Source of the DNA: Enterobacter phage Ec_L1
Sequence record: NC_042122.1
Length of the DNA stretch: 51,894 nt
Strand: one strand, 5' to 3'
Shown piece after piece: positions 8,394-16,564 of the stretch. The first letter of the stretch is position 1; every line of letters begins with the position of its first letter. The notes under the pieces are model-generated. The model ran no database searches, was not told the origin of the DNA, and saw only the letters and a program-made list of their open reading frames with translations. A program made the translations under genes and the position numbers.

Positions 8394-8637
8394 GGATGTC
8401 AATGTTCTCCGAATCCTTAACAGAGTAAGGGATTCCACACTCAACAGCGTGGATAGTTACCGGACTTGATACCATTATAGGATCTGACGCAAATTCGTAA
8501 CCCATACAGGCAACCAGCGTCGCACATATTGCTCGGTTAACAGCATGGAATGGGACGCAATCAGGCAATTCAACCGTTTCAACCTTGCGCTCATCGGTGC
8601 GAGGATTTGATTTAAAGTTTACGCGATATTGTTTCAT
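8386..8637 (-). CDS. hypothetical protein
   Basis: Start refined to the ATG at 8637 with RBS gagaggtg. The listed TTG at 8667 falls inside the promoter -10. Confidence 0.5.
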   Translation of the reverse strand: MKQYRVNFKSNPRTDERKVETVELPDCVPFHAVNRAICATLVACMGYEFASDPIMVSSPVTIHAVECGIPYSVKDSENIDILV

Positions 8638-8666
8638 GGATAGCACCTCTCGTTTCGATGGAGCCA

Positions 8667-8710
8667 ATATAACAAAACCCGCCGAAGCGGGTTTGACAAA
8701 AAGTGCTATT
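8667..8710 (-). promoter_or_regulatory. early promoter cassette P13 (minus strand) with embedded terminator hairpin
   Basis: AATAGCACTTTTTGTCAAAC, then CCCGCTTCGGCGGG-TTTT, then TGtTATATT. Confidence 0.55.
8678..8695 (-). terminator. terminator hairpin CCCGCTTCGGCGGG + TTTT (inside P13 spacer)
   Basis: UUCG tetraloop hairpin plus a T-run on the minus strand. Confidence 0.55.
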
Positions 8711-8942
8711 CATACAGCTTGACATGAAGAATGCAAACGCCGTCCTCGTCGTTAAGACCGTGCTCAAAGTAACCGCTAGCCCTCATGCTGGTTGTCAGCA
8801 TCGAAAGGAGGGCGCAGTTAAGCCCCTCCCCACTTATCTGGTTCACCGCAACGCACTCTACTATAGAGTCAATTACCGTTTGCGCCTCCATGTAAGGATC
8901 TTGCTCTTTCAATTTCATGCCTCCTGAAAAGATACTCGTCAT
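8706..8942 (-). CDS. hypothetical protein (start uncertain)
   Basis: The ORF overlaps the upstream gene by 74 nt; an internal ATG at 8891 is an alternative start. Confidence 0.3.
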   Translation of the reverse strand: MTSIFSGGMKLKEQDPYMEAQTVIDSIVECVAVNQISGEGLNCALLSMLTTSMRASGYFEHGLNDEDGVCILHVKLYE

Positions 8943-9255
8943 CCAGCTTTCCGATGTTCATCATCTCCTTCATGTAAAGGCTCTCGCTCGCTTCAAGTGA
9001 GTGTAGCTCAAAGTCAAATGGTCTGTTCTCCTTGCTCTTCACCCAAGCCTTTCCTCCGGACATATCCAGATAGCCAAGAGTGCAAAGACGAGGTATAAAC
9101 TCGCGACCAACACAGGCGGCGAATTGTTTAGGAGTAACTCCGGCGCTCCTGGCTAATCGCTCACACTCGCGATGACCAAACACAAACATAGATAGCTCCT
9201 GGCGGGTAAATTCCCGCCGTGACTCTGCGAACCGATACAGATCAAGAATGAACAT
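8869..9255 (-). CDS. hypothetical protein
   Basis: 128-aa ORF immediately downstream of the helicase gene. Confidence 0.45.
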   Translation of the reverse strand: MFILDLYRFAESRREFTRQELSMFVFGHRECERLARSAGVTPKQFAACVGREFIPRLCTLGYLDMSGGKAWVKSKENRPFDFELHSLEASESLYMKEMMNIGKLDDEYLFRRHEIERARSLHGGANGN

Positions 9256-9257
9256 GA

Positions 9258-10838
9258 TTACCCCAGTAGACGAGGGTTAATGTAAACGTCATCACCAATC
9301 AGGCAGACGTACCCTAATCCCTCAAGCCTTGGTAGCAGGTGATCACGAATGCGCTTCGTAACTCCAGACTGACCAAAGAAAGGCTTGATCTTTCGCACAC
9401 CCTCATAGATTGAGCGGAACTTGATCACGCCTTTCGCGTTCTTCCCTCGCTTAACGATGAAGTCAACCAATACCCTCATTTCAGCGTCATCACCAGCATG
9501 ACCAGCCGAGTTAGCGGATGAAAGATAGGTCTTGCTCAGTTCATAGAACATCGCAACCGCCTCCTGCATGGTGTCAAGATCGATCGTCTTTGACTTCTGA
9601 GGATTAGAGTTATCGCTTGACCAGTTCCGGATCACGTGAATTACGGATGCGATTCGAATTGCCTGCTTGTCAAACTTACCCATAGCCCCGCGCAACATCG
9701 TGTGAGAATACTTCCCGCCGTCAGCCAAGTGCGGCTCCATCTCCTGGCGCGCTCGGTTCAGGTACTTCATTGCAGCAGTTCCAACTTTCAGCTTGATATC
9801 TGTCTCGCTCATGATCTCGTGAATCAGCTTGTAGTATTTCGCGACAAGCTCACTGTCGATAGGGGTGTATGTGCTGTTACCCTTCTCGTCAACAAACTTA
9901 CGGCGACCGAGATATGATTCTTCTCGAACCAGCAAGAAACGCTCTGAAACACCGATACCGCGTGAACCAGCCGCCATAATGCCCTCAATCGTCTCGTCCT
10001 GAGCAATGACCGCAATGGCACCCATGGCAACAAAACTCATGTTGTTGTCAGCGTTTGCACGAGCGATAGATACGTGCCCGCTATCCCAGGCCTTAAGGAC
10101 AAGCTCACTGTTCGTTTTCCGGCTCGCGTCCTGGTATGTCATACCAAGAAGGGAGTTAATACTCGTCGCCTCATCGGATATTACCGAGAAGTTGCCTTGA
10201 CGGTTGTTGATTCGCGCCAATCCTTCTGGCGTGGTATCGGATACGGGAAAAACGATGTCGCACATCTTTTCTAACTTCTCCTCCAGATCTTCCAACTCCT
10301 CATAAAGCGAGGCGAGATCGGACTTTGATTTCTCTCCCTTAAGTTCAGTTTTGCAGGCTGAGATCTTAGCCATTAAACGCTTGCGCTCCTTCTTGCGCTG
10401 CTCGTTAATGCGATCAACTTCTGCAATCATTGGTTTGATTGCCATTGAGTTAATGGCTGATTTCCCTGTCGACGGCGGCTGACTGGTCACGACATAAAGT
10501 GATGTTGGCTGGTCTGTTCCGTGATAGTCAACGGTGAATCTCCCCAGCATTGCAGCAGACACGCACGCCAGGAAGTGCATGTATGCGGATGACTCCGGAA
10601 ACTGAACAGAACGCGCCGCGTTAGCAGATAGCTTTCCGACGATGTCCAGATCGTTACCGAGGGAGATTACCGGATATTTATCATTGCCGCCGTCAACGTC
10701 CTTAACTTCCGTCCAGAATGACGAAGAGTGACGATAACCATTAGCCTTGATTGCCACGCGAAGAGGTGAGATCCCCTCATTCTCTGCGATAACAATAATC
10801 TGCTGCGGCGTCATGGTTTGTTGCATGTTGTCAAACAT
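9258..10838 (-). CDS. replicative helicase-like protein, DUF3987 / P4-alpha C-terminal (SF3-like) family
   Basis: Walker A QPPSTGKS and Walker B VISDEAT, separated by a charged coiled-coil insert. 526 aa. RBS aaggagcaaag. Confidence 0.6.
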   Translation of the reverse strand: MFDNMQQTMTPQQIIVIAENEGISPLRVAIKANGYRHSSSFWTEVKDVDGGNDKYPVISLGNDLDIVGKLSANAARSVQFPESSAYMHFLACVSAAMLGRFTVDYHGTDQPTSLYVVTSQPPSTGKSAINSMAIKPMIAEVDRINEQRKKERKRLMAKISACKTELKGEKSKSDLASLYEELEDLEEKLEKMCDIVFPVSDTTPEGLARINNRQGNFSVISDEATSINSLLGMTYQDASRKTNSELVLKAWDSGHVSIARANADNNMSFVAMGAIAVIAQDETIEGIMAAGSRGIGVSERFLLVREESYLGRRKFVDEKGNSTYTPIDSELVAKYYKLIHEIMSETDIKLKVGTAAMKYLNRARQEMEPHLADGGKYSHTMLRGAMGKFDKQAIRIASVIHVIRNWSSDNSNPQKSKTIDLDTMQEAVAMFYELSKTYLSSANSAGHAGDDAEMRVLVDFIVKRGKNAKGVIKFRSIYEGVRKIKPFFGQSGVTKRIRDHLLPRLEGLGYVCLIGDDVYINPRLLG

Positions 10839-10914
10839 CTTTGCTCCTTAGTAGGCGGTGAATATTACACCGCCGATCATAAAACACTATCAGTCAAAAA
10901 GCCAGTTGGGGCGC

Positions 10915-11331
10915 TTACAAATATTTCGCTTCGAAAGTTGTTCCATCAGCGACACTGAAACCTACGTCCTCGCGGTACAGGTTCCACGGGCAACCGTCCT
11001 CATCAAAGATGTAGCCAGCTACACCGCCGAGCGCCCGACCGGAATCGACCTGGTAACGCTTGCCAACCTTGAAGGATTTCTTCATTGGGTTTTTGTGATC
11101 AAGTGACATGCACTTGAGGGTTTTGGTTTTCAGTTCAACGAACGTTGCCGCAACTACTCCGCCACTTGAGATAAAGATGTCACCGCTAACGCCAACAGAC
11201 AGGGCAATTTTTTCCTTTCCTTTGCCGACAGTCACATTCCCCTCATCGTCAACTTTTGCCTTTATCATATGGTTGGCGTTGAATGTTTTAGTCAGTGACA
11301 TTGTGCATTTCAGTTTGATTGACTTAGCCAT
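10915..11331 (-). CDS. hypothetical protein
   Basis: 138 aa; first gene downstream of promoter cassette P14. Confidence 0.5.
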   Translation of the reverse strand: MAKSIKLKCTMSLTKTFNANHMIKAKVDDEGNVTVGKGKEKIALSVGVSGDIFISSGGVVAATFVELKTKTLKCMSLDHKNPMKKSFKVGKRYQVDSGRALGGVAGYIFDEDGCPWNLYREDVGFSVADGTTFEAKYL

Positions 11332-11368
11332 TTTGAGATCCTCTTGTTGTCTCGTTTCGATGGGGCTA

Positions 11369-11412
11369 ATGTAACAAAACCCGCCGAAGCGGGTTTAACA
11401 AAAAGTGCTATT
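11369..11412 (-). promoter_or_regulatory. early promoter cassette P14 (minus strand) with embedded terminator hairpin
   Basis: Roughly 60-bp near-repeat of the P13 module. Confidence 0.55.
11380..11397 (-). terminator. terminator hairpin CCCGCTTCGGCGGG + TTTT (inside P14 spacer)
   Basis: Identical to the hairpin at 8678. Confidence 0.55.
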
Positions 11413-12091
11413 TTCGGTTGGCCTGGAATACGGCGCGAGCGAACCCGCGAGGAGTCAGTGACCGGAGTTGTTTAGTCCTGGCAGACTTTCCGCCGAGGAA
11501 CTTCCAGCCCCAAAAGAACATGATCCCTTCATCCTTCGGTAACTCCATCTTAACTGGCTCCTTGAACCCGTTACCGAACCAAATACAGGTTTTCTTTGTG
11601 TACCCGTCTCGCAATGGCATTTTCGGATGCCAGGAACCCTCACGAGCATCCACGTAATAACCGAAATCACGAGGATGAAAATAAAAGTTCGGCTTACCGA
11701 GCTTGTCCTTGTTCGACATCTTCCCTACCGGATTTTCAATCATCCATGGGATGTTAAGATCCTGGCCGATATTCTTGACAACCTTGGCACACTCAAAAGC
11801 GTAATCCATTTCGTTATCATCGCGCTCGTGCTTAGCGCCGGATTGAGCAAATAGCGTGCAATCAGGGAACCCGAATATAATGTCAGGTCGCGGAATTCCA
11901 AGTAGATCGCACTTGATGAGGAAGTCCTTATCGATCCACATGTTGACGTAACGCACCAGGGGGTGATTCATCTTCACGACATACTCACCATGATTTCCTG
12001 AGTCAGCATTGAAACAGTAAACCGTGTGACCATGCTCCGCCCAGGGTAAACCCATAATTCCGGAGCCGTCGAACAATGACCATACAACCAT
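11408..12091 (-). CDS. DNA (cytosine-5)-methyltransferase-like protein (small orphan C5-MTase)
   Basis: Motif I-like LFDGSG, motif IV-like FPDCTLFAQSG (Cys nucleophile context) and motif VI-like IENPVG. 227 aa. Confidence 0.45.
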   Translation of the reverse strand: MVVWSLFDGSGIMGLPWAEHGHTVYCFNADSGNHGEYVVKMNHPLVRYVNMWIDKDFLIKCDLLGIPRPDIIFGFPDCTLFAQSGAKHERDDNEMDYAFECAKVVKNIGQDLNIPWMIENPVGKMSNKDKLGKPNFYFHPRDFGYYVDAREGSWHPKMPLRDGYTKKTCIWFGNGFKEPVKMELPKDEGIMFFWGWKFLGGKSARTKQLRSLTPRGFARAVFQANRK

Positions 12092-12100
12092 ATTTTCACC

Positions 12101-12364
12101 TCACCAGAAAGGGATACATTCTTTGCAAGCGCCATTCTTCCGGCACTCGTCATTGCAATACGTCATTCCGTCATCGGCAACCATCGTCGGAACTACCGCG
12201 CCACTCTCTGCGATCATATCCATATCGCCAAGAGCATCATCAAGGGTGATCTCTTGAGTTGCAACCTTCTCAGCCCACTCCGGATCTAATCCAGCCTTGC
12301 GAGCTTCATAATAGCGGAATCTCTCTGAACGGTTCATTTTTGTCTCCTGTATGCGGCGGCGCAT
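12101..12364 (-). CDS. hypothetical protein
   Basis: 87-aa ORF with a Cys-rich C-terminus. Confidence 0.4.
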   Translation of the reverse strand: MRRRIQETKMNRSERFRYYEARKAGLDPEWAEKVATQEITLDDALGDMDMIAESGAVVPTMVADDGMTYCNDECRKNGACKECIPFW

Positions 12365-12660
12365 GACTTGCTACAACACAAGCCCCAGCCGCGATCTAAA
12401 TCAGATTTTCGTGCTTCGTATACAACACCGCATCCTTTCGCACAACAAACACGCCTTACCTTTCCATTTTTTAATGTTGGAACGTGCTTAGGATTTTCGC
12501 CTAAAACAGGCTCGGTCTTTCTCCAAAACTGCTGGATTTTTGCCACCTGCTCACCTTCTTCATTCACCAGAATAATTACGGATTTTAATTCGCTGGCGAT
12601 CACATCACAGTGATGAGACTCGCCGTTTATTTCAATGAGAACGCGATCACCAGCTTTCAT
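12334..12660 (-). CDS. hypothetical protein with C-terminal Cys cluster (putative Zn-binding)
   Basis: CCAKGCG...CCSKSC motifs. TAATG overlap with the upstream gene. Confidence 0.45.
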   Translation of the reverse strand: MKAGDRVLIEINGESHHCDVIASELKSVIILVNEEGEQVAKIQQFWRKTEPVLGENPKHVPTLKNGKVRRVCCAKGCGVVYEARKSDLDRGWGLCCSKSCAAAYRRQK

Positions 12661-12890
12661 TATTTCACCTCGGAAATGATTGGGAGCATTTCATTAACCA
12701 AACGGATAGCTGATTCAATGCTAACACGCTTAATTCCCGTTTCGTTATTCTTGCACAAAATAACGCTACCGATACTTGAGCGAGTTATCACCAGGCGCTT
12801 AATATTGTGGCCTTTGCTCGTGCGAATATCAACAGAGCCATTAACAGCTACATTATTCATAATTTCGGTGACGCTGAATTTGTTTGACAT
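12660..12890 (-). CDS. hypothetical protein
   Basis: 76 aa; first gene after promoter cassette P15. Confidence 0.45.
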   Translation of the reverse strand: MSNKFSVTEIMNNVAVNGSVDIRTSKGHNIKRLVITRSSIGSVILCKNNETGIKRVSIESAIRLVNEMLPIISEVK

Positions 12891-12922
12891 CTCATTACCT
12901 TACTGTTTTGTTGGATTGAGTA

Positions 12923-12969
12923 AAGTTTACCGCCTTACTCTATATTTGTCTTTAGCAATTCGTGCTATT
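12923..12969 (-). promoter_or_regulatory. early promoter cassette P15 (minus strand; -10 assignment uncertain)
   Basis: AATAGCACGAATTGCTAAAGAC abuts the upstream stop; the downstream -10 is poorly defined. Confidence 0.4.
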
Positions 12970-13328
12970 TAATCGCGGGTTGTCTTTCCGTCGAAAGCTC
13001 TGAATTTAAAGTTCACTGTTGAATTATAATGTGCTCGCGAATATCCGTCAGGGAAGTTAAACCCAGGCTCAACATAACCAACGAAACATATAAAGTCGCC
13101 GTTGTGGTTGATCAGGTTAATTCCACCATCAGCAAAGCTCAACTTGATTAAATTAGCGTTATCTGCGGCCTTATATCCCTGAGGGAAGAATCGATCACAC
13201 GCCGCGATAATCTCAGCTTTCTGCAATTCCAATATCTCAGCGGTTGTTCTCTCAACGGCATCGGAAACAGATCTCACAGTCTCAACCGGAGCGTAATATA
13301 GAGAGATACTTACGTTTACATTTTTCAT
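12969..13328 (-). CDS. hypothetical protein
   Basis: 119 aa; its stop codon abuts promoter cassette P15. Confidence 0.5.
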   Translation of the reverse strand: MKNVNVSISLYYAPVETVRSVSDAVERTTAEILELQKAEIIAACDRFFPQGYKAADNANLIKLSFADGGINLINHNGDFICFVGYVEPGFNFPDGYSRAHYNSTVNFKFRAFDGKTTRD

Positions 13329-13564
13329 TCAACCACCTCGAACTTTGCAACGCCAGGTATTAACCAAACCCCAGCAGGCCAGCCGGAAATGACAATGAAG
13401 TCACCGCCTGTTTTCTTTTGACGCTCACCCTTGACAACAAACTCATTCGGGATCTGCTTGCCGTCAACAGTTAAAGGCGTGGCCTCATAAGTTTCCTTCT
13501 CCTTAAAAGGAGTCAGGATCTTCTTGTCTGTCGACGCGATTACGCGAACACATTTGAGTTTCAT
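13325..13564 (-). CDS. hypothetical protein
   Basis: 79 aa; 4-nt overlap with its neighbours. Confidence 0.45.
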   Translation of the reverse strand: MKLKCVRVIASTDKKILTPFKEKETYEATPLTVDGKQIPNEFVVKGERQKKTGGDFIVISGWPAGVWLIPGVAKFEVVE

Positions 13565-13812
13565 AATTTGCGCCCCTCGTCAATGAAGCATTCAAGAAAT
13601 ACGCTCTTATCTTCAACGTCAAGCGTTGAATGGTTGAGCCATTCGATCACAGTGCCAAGCTGAACGTTATCGGCGTAAGCCTGGCGACCTTCGTTGCAAA
13701 GGTCAACCGAGTTAACAACCGGAGCCTCTACAGTAATTTTTTCTGCCTGAACATCCCAGGATGAGCCAAGGATGCAAGCAGTTGCGATAATGATTGCGGT
13801 GATACGTTTCAT
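13561..13812 (-). CDS. small secreted/periplasmic protein (signal peptide, two Cys)
   Basis: N-terminal signal MKRITAIIIATACILGSSWDVQA with an AXA cleavage site. 60-aa mature part. Confidence 0.5.
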   Translation of the reverse strand: MKRITAIIIATACILGSSWDVQAEKITVEAPVVNSVDLCNEGRQAYADNVQLGTVIEWLNHSTLDVEDKSVFLECFIDEGRKL

Positions 13813-13820
13813 GATTTACC

Positions 13821-14000
13821 TCACTTAGCGAATTTTCTGAGAGCATTGGTGAATTTGTCTTTACTGTTGGCTGACTTAACAACCCCGCCAGTTCTTGATT
13901 TGAACTCAGCTTTTGCAGCGGACAGTGACCATCCGTGAACATCTACAAGGTCAGCAACTTCTAAGGCGATTTTCTTTACTTCTTTGATGTCCAGTTTCAT
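13821..14000 (-). CDS. hypothetical protein
   Basis: Start refined to the ATG at 14000, directly downstream of promoter cassette P16 and the leader caacgaaacataggagagacacc. Confidence 0.45.
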   Translation of the reverse strand: MKLDIKEVKKIALEVADLVDVHGWSLSAAKAEFKSRTGGVVKSANSKDKFTNALRKFAK

Positions 14001-14028
14001 GGTGTCTCTCCTATGTTTCGTTGAGATA

Positions 14029-14073
14029 ACTATACCAAAGCCAGTCAGATCTGTTTTAGCAATTCGTGCTATT
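14029..14073 (-). promoter_or_regulatory. early promoter cassette P16 (minus strand)
   Basis: AATAGCACGAATTGCTAAAAC, 18 nt, TGgTATAGT, then leader caacgaaaca. Confidence 0.6.
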
Positions 14074-14117
14074 TGGAAAGGCGGCGCGGAACATCCGCCT
14101 TTAATGTTTTTGACCAT

Positions 14118-14378
14118 TCAGGCGAAACGTCTTGCTTTCTTCACTCCTTTAAACCGGATGCCGGAGCAAAGCAACTCAGGCCTTACCGATGCGTTGAACC
14201 ATCGACCGGAATGAACCTGGCGAATGTACTCCTCACAGATCTGATTGTTGGTCTGATTCATTGGGATGTACTCCCACCACTTGCGATAACTATTCCAGCG
14301 ATACACAAGAGGCTGGCTATCGCTACAGAAGAAAGTCCCTTGAGTTCCTTCGAAGATAACACCGTCAACGCGATTCAT
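14118..14378 (-). CDS. hypothetical protein
   Basis: 86 aa, Trp-rich. Confidence 0.45.
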   Translation of the reverse strand: MNRVDGVIFEGTQGTFFCSDSQPLVYRWNSYRKWWEYIPMNQTNNQICEEYIRQVHSGRWFNASVRPELLCSGIRFKGVKKARRFA

Positions 14379-14788
14379 TAAATTTCCTCCGGCCAGTACA
14401 TTTTAGTGCGACGAACCTTGATATCTCCGATCCGCTTCATGGTTGATTCGATATGATGAACGGATGAGATCGCAAGTTGCCACAACTTAAGACTCCGATC
14501 CCACACGAACGAATTACCCGCAATGACAGCGAAATCTAATCCGCTCGCTGATTGGTACAGTACGCCATGGAATTTGGCGTTAACCACCTGCATGATCATA
14601 TCAACAGTGCGGCTGATGAATGCCGCCTGACCGATCGCGTTGCCCGTTGTGTAAACCTTGCGCCGAACCAACTCCCAATTCCATGACACGACAACCTCAG
14701 TGTGACCGATTGAGTTGTGATTGCGCTGCACGTCAATACCATGCTCAAGCGCTTCATTAATCGCCAGTGACAGAAAATAGTTTTTCAT
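14378..14788 (-). CDS. hypothetical protein
   Basis: 136-aa ORF. Confidence 0.5.
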   Translation of the reverse strand: MKNYFLSLAINEALEHGIDVQRNHNSIGHTEVVVSWNWELVRRKVYTTGNAIGQAAFISRTVDMIMQVVNAKFHGVLYQSASGLDFAVIAGNSFVWDRSLKLWQLAISSVHHIESTMKRIGDIKVRRTKMYWPEEI

Positions 14789-14988
14789 TTGCCTTGCTCC
14801 TCAATAGCGGCGTCAATTCGTGCCTGTGTTACCGGATGGTTAACCGCACGCCAAACATATCGGCAGTGCTGATCAAGTCGATTAGTCTTGACGGTGTAAA
14901 AGCACTCACCGCTTGCATACTTCATACGGGAATACTCACGCTCGCCAATCGTGACAAATACGAGCTTTGATTCGTTGTTGGTGATCAT
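14785..14988 (-). CDS. hypothetical protein
   Basis: 67-aa ORF. Confidence 0.4.
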   Translation of the reverse strand: MITNNESKLVFVTIGEREYSRMKYASGECFYTVKTNRLDQHCRYVWRAVNHPVTQARIDAAIEEQGK

Positions 14989-15170
14989 TTCTTGCTCCTG
15001 TTATATTCAGCCCCAGCCGCTACCGACTCGGATAAGTAAGTATGACCGCAAGCGCATTCGCACACATAACGCTTGCCCTTCATTTTCAGAACGCGAACCT
15101 GATCCCGAACGCCGCACTTGACGCAACGGAGTGATGACGCGTGAGAGGTTGAACTCATTTCTTGCTCCAA
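14985..15170 (-). CDS. small zinc-ribbon protein
   Basis: CVKCG...CECACGH Cys pairs. Confidence 0.45.
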   Translation of the reverse strand: MEQEMSSTSHASSLRCVKCGVRDQVRVLKMKGKRYVCECACGHTYLSESVAAGAEYNRSKK

Positions 15171-15358
15171 CGTTCGTTAGCCTGGATGGAATACATCTCG
15201 TCGAGAAACACCTCTTTACGGCGAGCCTTAAGCGCAACTTCAAACGGTGCCAGGTCAAGACCACAATCACGAAGGTAGTTCTTTGCGTGCTTCATGGTGA
15301 ATGTCTGACAAGCGTACTCGGCGTAAGCTGCCGCGTGTGCAATGTTAGGTGCTTTCAT
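15155..15358 (-). CDS. hypothetical protein
   Basis: Start refined to the ATG at 15358 with RBS aaggagacatctc. The listed GTG at 15400 lies upstream of the -10 of P17. Confidence 0.45.
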   Translation of the reverse strand: MKAPNIAHAAAYAEYACQTFTMKHAKNYLRDCGLDLAPFEVALKARRKEVFLDEMYSIQANERWSKK

Positions 15359-15386
15359 GAGATGTCTCCTTGTTTCGATGGGGTAA

Positions 15387-15430
15387 TGATAGCGCATCAC
15401 CCCGAACGCGTTTTAACAAAAAGTGCTATT
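15387..15430 (-). promoter_or_regulatory. early promoter cassette P17 (minus strand)
   Basis: AATAGCACTTTTTGTTAAAAC, 17 nt, TATCAT. Hairpin GGGGT..ACCCC around the -10. Confidence 0.5.
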
Positions 15431-15671
15431 GAACCGGATCACCATCAAGCAACTCAGTTACAGCGTCAACGATGCAATGAGCTTGGGTTTGAGGCTTAAA
15501 ACCAGCCTTGACGATACGCCATTTCTTACCGCCGCAATGCTCAACCTTTAACTGCTTATCGCCACGCTTAACGCGGAAGTATTTGCGTTCAAGCATACCC
15601 TCCGTGAATGTAGCCCCAACAACTACGCCATTGTCAGTGGCAAAATCGATCGCGCCTTGAATAGTTACCAT
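15426..15671 (-). CDS. hypothetical protein
   Basis: RBS ggaggcgcatc; first gene after P18. Confidence 0.5.
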   Translation of the reverse strand: MVTIQGAIDFATDNGVVVGATFTEGMLERKYFRVKRGDKQLKVEHCGGKKWRIVKAGFKPQTQAHCIVDAVTELLDGDPVQ

Positions 15672-15698
15672 GATGCGCCTCCTATGTTCCGATGAGAT

Positions 15699-15744
15699 GA
15701 TTATGCACCATTCGAGCCTGATTGGTTTAGCAAAAAGTGCTATT
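15699..15744 (-). promoter_or_regulatory. early promoter cassette P18 (minus strand; leftward promoter of divergent control region)
   Basis: AATAGCACTTTTTGCTAAAC, 19 nt, TGcATAATC. Confidence 0.55.
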
Positions 15745-15929
15745 TCTCGCAGAGTGTCAAAATGACTATATTGTTGCTGTATTGTTCATGATCTCATAAC
15801 ACTGTTGCTCATATAGCAATAGTGATTGTTGCTGTGATTGCAAAAGTCGACTCTCATTATTGCCTGATATGCATTAAGTTGAGAGGGGTAGAGATGGTGT
15901 TTCGCTGTTCGCCTGGTGCTCGTGGAAAT

Positions 15930-16465
15930 TTCTGTGGAGGATTTGGGGAAAGTTACGGAGGATTTTTCGGACTCAATGCAGCGAACCATTCAGAGATAAC
16001 GCTCATCGTTTCCCCTCCCTGGTGTGCGTGATGTGCTGCGGAGGGTTGCGGAGGATTACGGAGGATTTGCAATTCGGCTCTAGCCCTTGGTGCGTCTGGT
16101 CTGCGAGAGATTTACGCCGGATAATGTCGATTTTTGTGCTGGGGCTGGTATATGTATACATAGAGAAATGATGTGAAAGTGATGTGCTCATACACGTAGA
16201 GAAAAAATGCAATAGTCCAATAATCCGCATAATCCTCCGTAAACTATGAAGAGAGAGACATATACCAATAGAGTAATATAGTAATAATATATATAAAAAC
16301 CCTTATATTACATATATATATAGTATTATTATATACTATTGTATATGAGTTGCTTGGTCATAAAATGAGCTGATTTTACGGAGGATGGTTCCGGCGCAAT
16401 CCTCCGCGATTTAACTAAGTACATGATTTACAAGGCCGCATTTACGGAGGATTTTTTCCGCAAAA
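15930..16465. repeat. iteron cluster A: about 9 copies of (A/G)CGGAGG(A/G)TT in both orientations, flanking a roughly 90-bp AT-rich core (16258-16350); candidate replication origin
   Basis: Tandem block gcggagggttgcggaggattacggaggatt at 16038-16067. Inverted pair at 16381-16412. AT-rich tract with polypurine/polypyrimidine runs. No credible coding capacity. Confidence 0.6.
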
Positions 16466-16483
16466 ACACGTAAAACCGCCCAA

Positions 16484-16528
16484 AATAGCACTTTTTGCTA
16501 AAACAGCACCCCTGGCTTTTGGTATTAT
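16484..16528 (+). promoter_or_regulatory. early promoter cassette P4 (AATAGCACTTTTTGCTAAAAC + TGgTATTAT)
   Basis: Rightward promoter of the divergent control region. Confidence 0.6.
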
Positions 16529-16564
16529 TATCTCAACGAAACGAAAGGCACAAAGGAAAACGTC

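Noticed and set aside
13561-13812. Calling the small secreted protein a Cor-like FhuA-blocking lipoprotein
   Set aside because: The lipobox is poor (IATAC, -3 is Ala) and an AXA signal-peptidase I site is more likely. The location in the early array is unlike the tail-region location of cor in T1/phi80 relatives. Left as a generic secreted protein.
15786-16230. Small ORFs in the control region (15786-15989 -, 15822-16031 +, 16003-16230 -)
   Set aside because: They overlap each other on opposite strands, lie in repeat-dense or AT-rich DNA and have no RBS. Most likely non-coding.
15930-16465. GGAGGATT repeats as a possible CRISPR array
   Set aside because: Repeats are only 8-10 bp, occur in both orientations and have irregular spacing. 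No cas genes are present. They behave like iterons, not CRISPR repeats.
16484-16528. Resemblance of AGCACG-N-TTGCTA to a sigma54 -24/-12 promoter (TGGCACG-N4-TTGCA)
   Set aside because: GG at -24 is replaced by AG and the GC-to-GC spacing is 2 bp too short. Sigma54 promoters are strictly spaced and do not use a downstream TATAAT-like -10 at about 19 nt.
16484-16528. Resemblance of TTGCTAAA to the T4 MotA box (TGCTTtA centred at -30)
   Set aside because: Here the TGCT lies about 23 nt from the -10 instead of 11-13 nt, and the element is a longer palindrome. Analogy only, not homology; no MotA/AsiA-like genes recognised.
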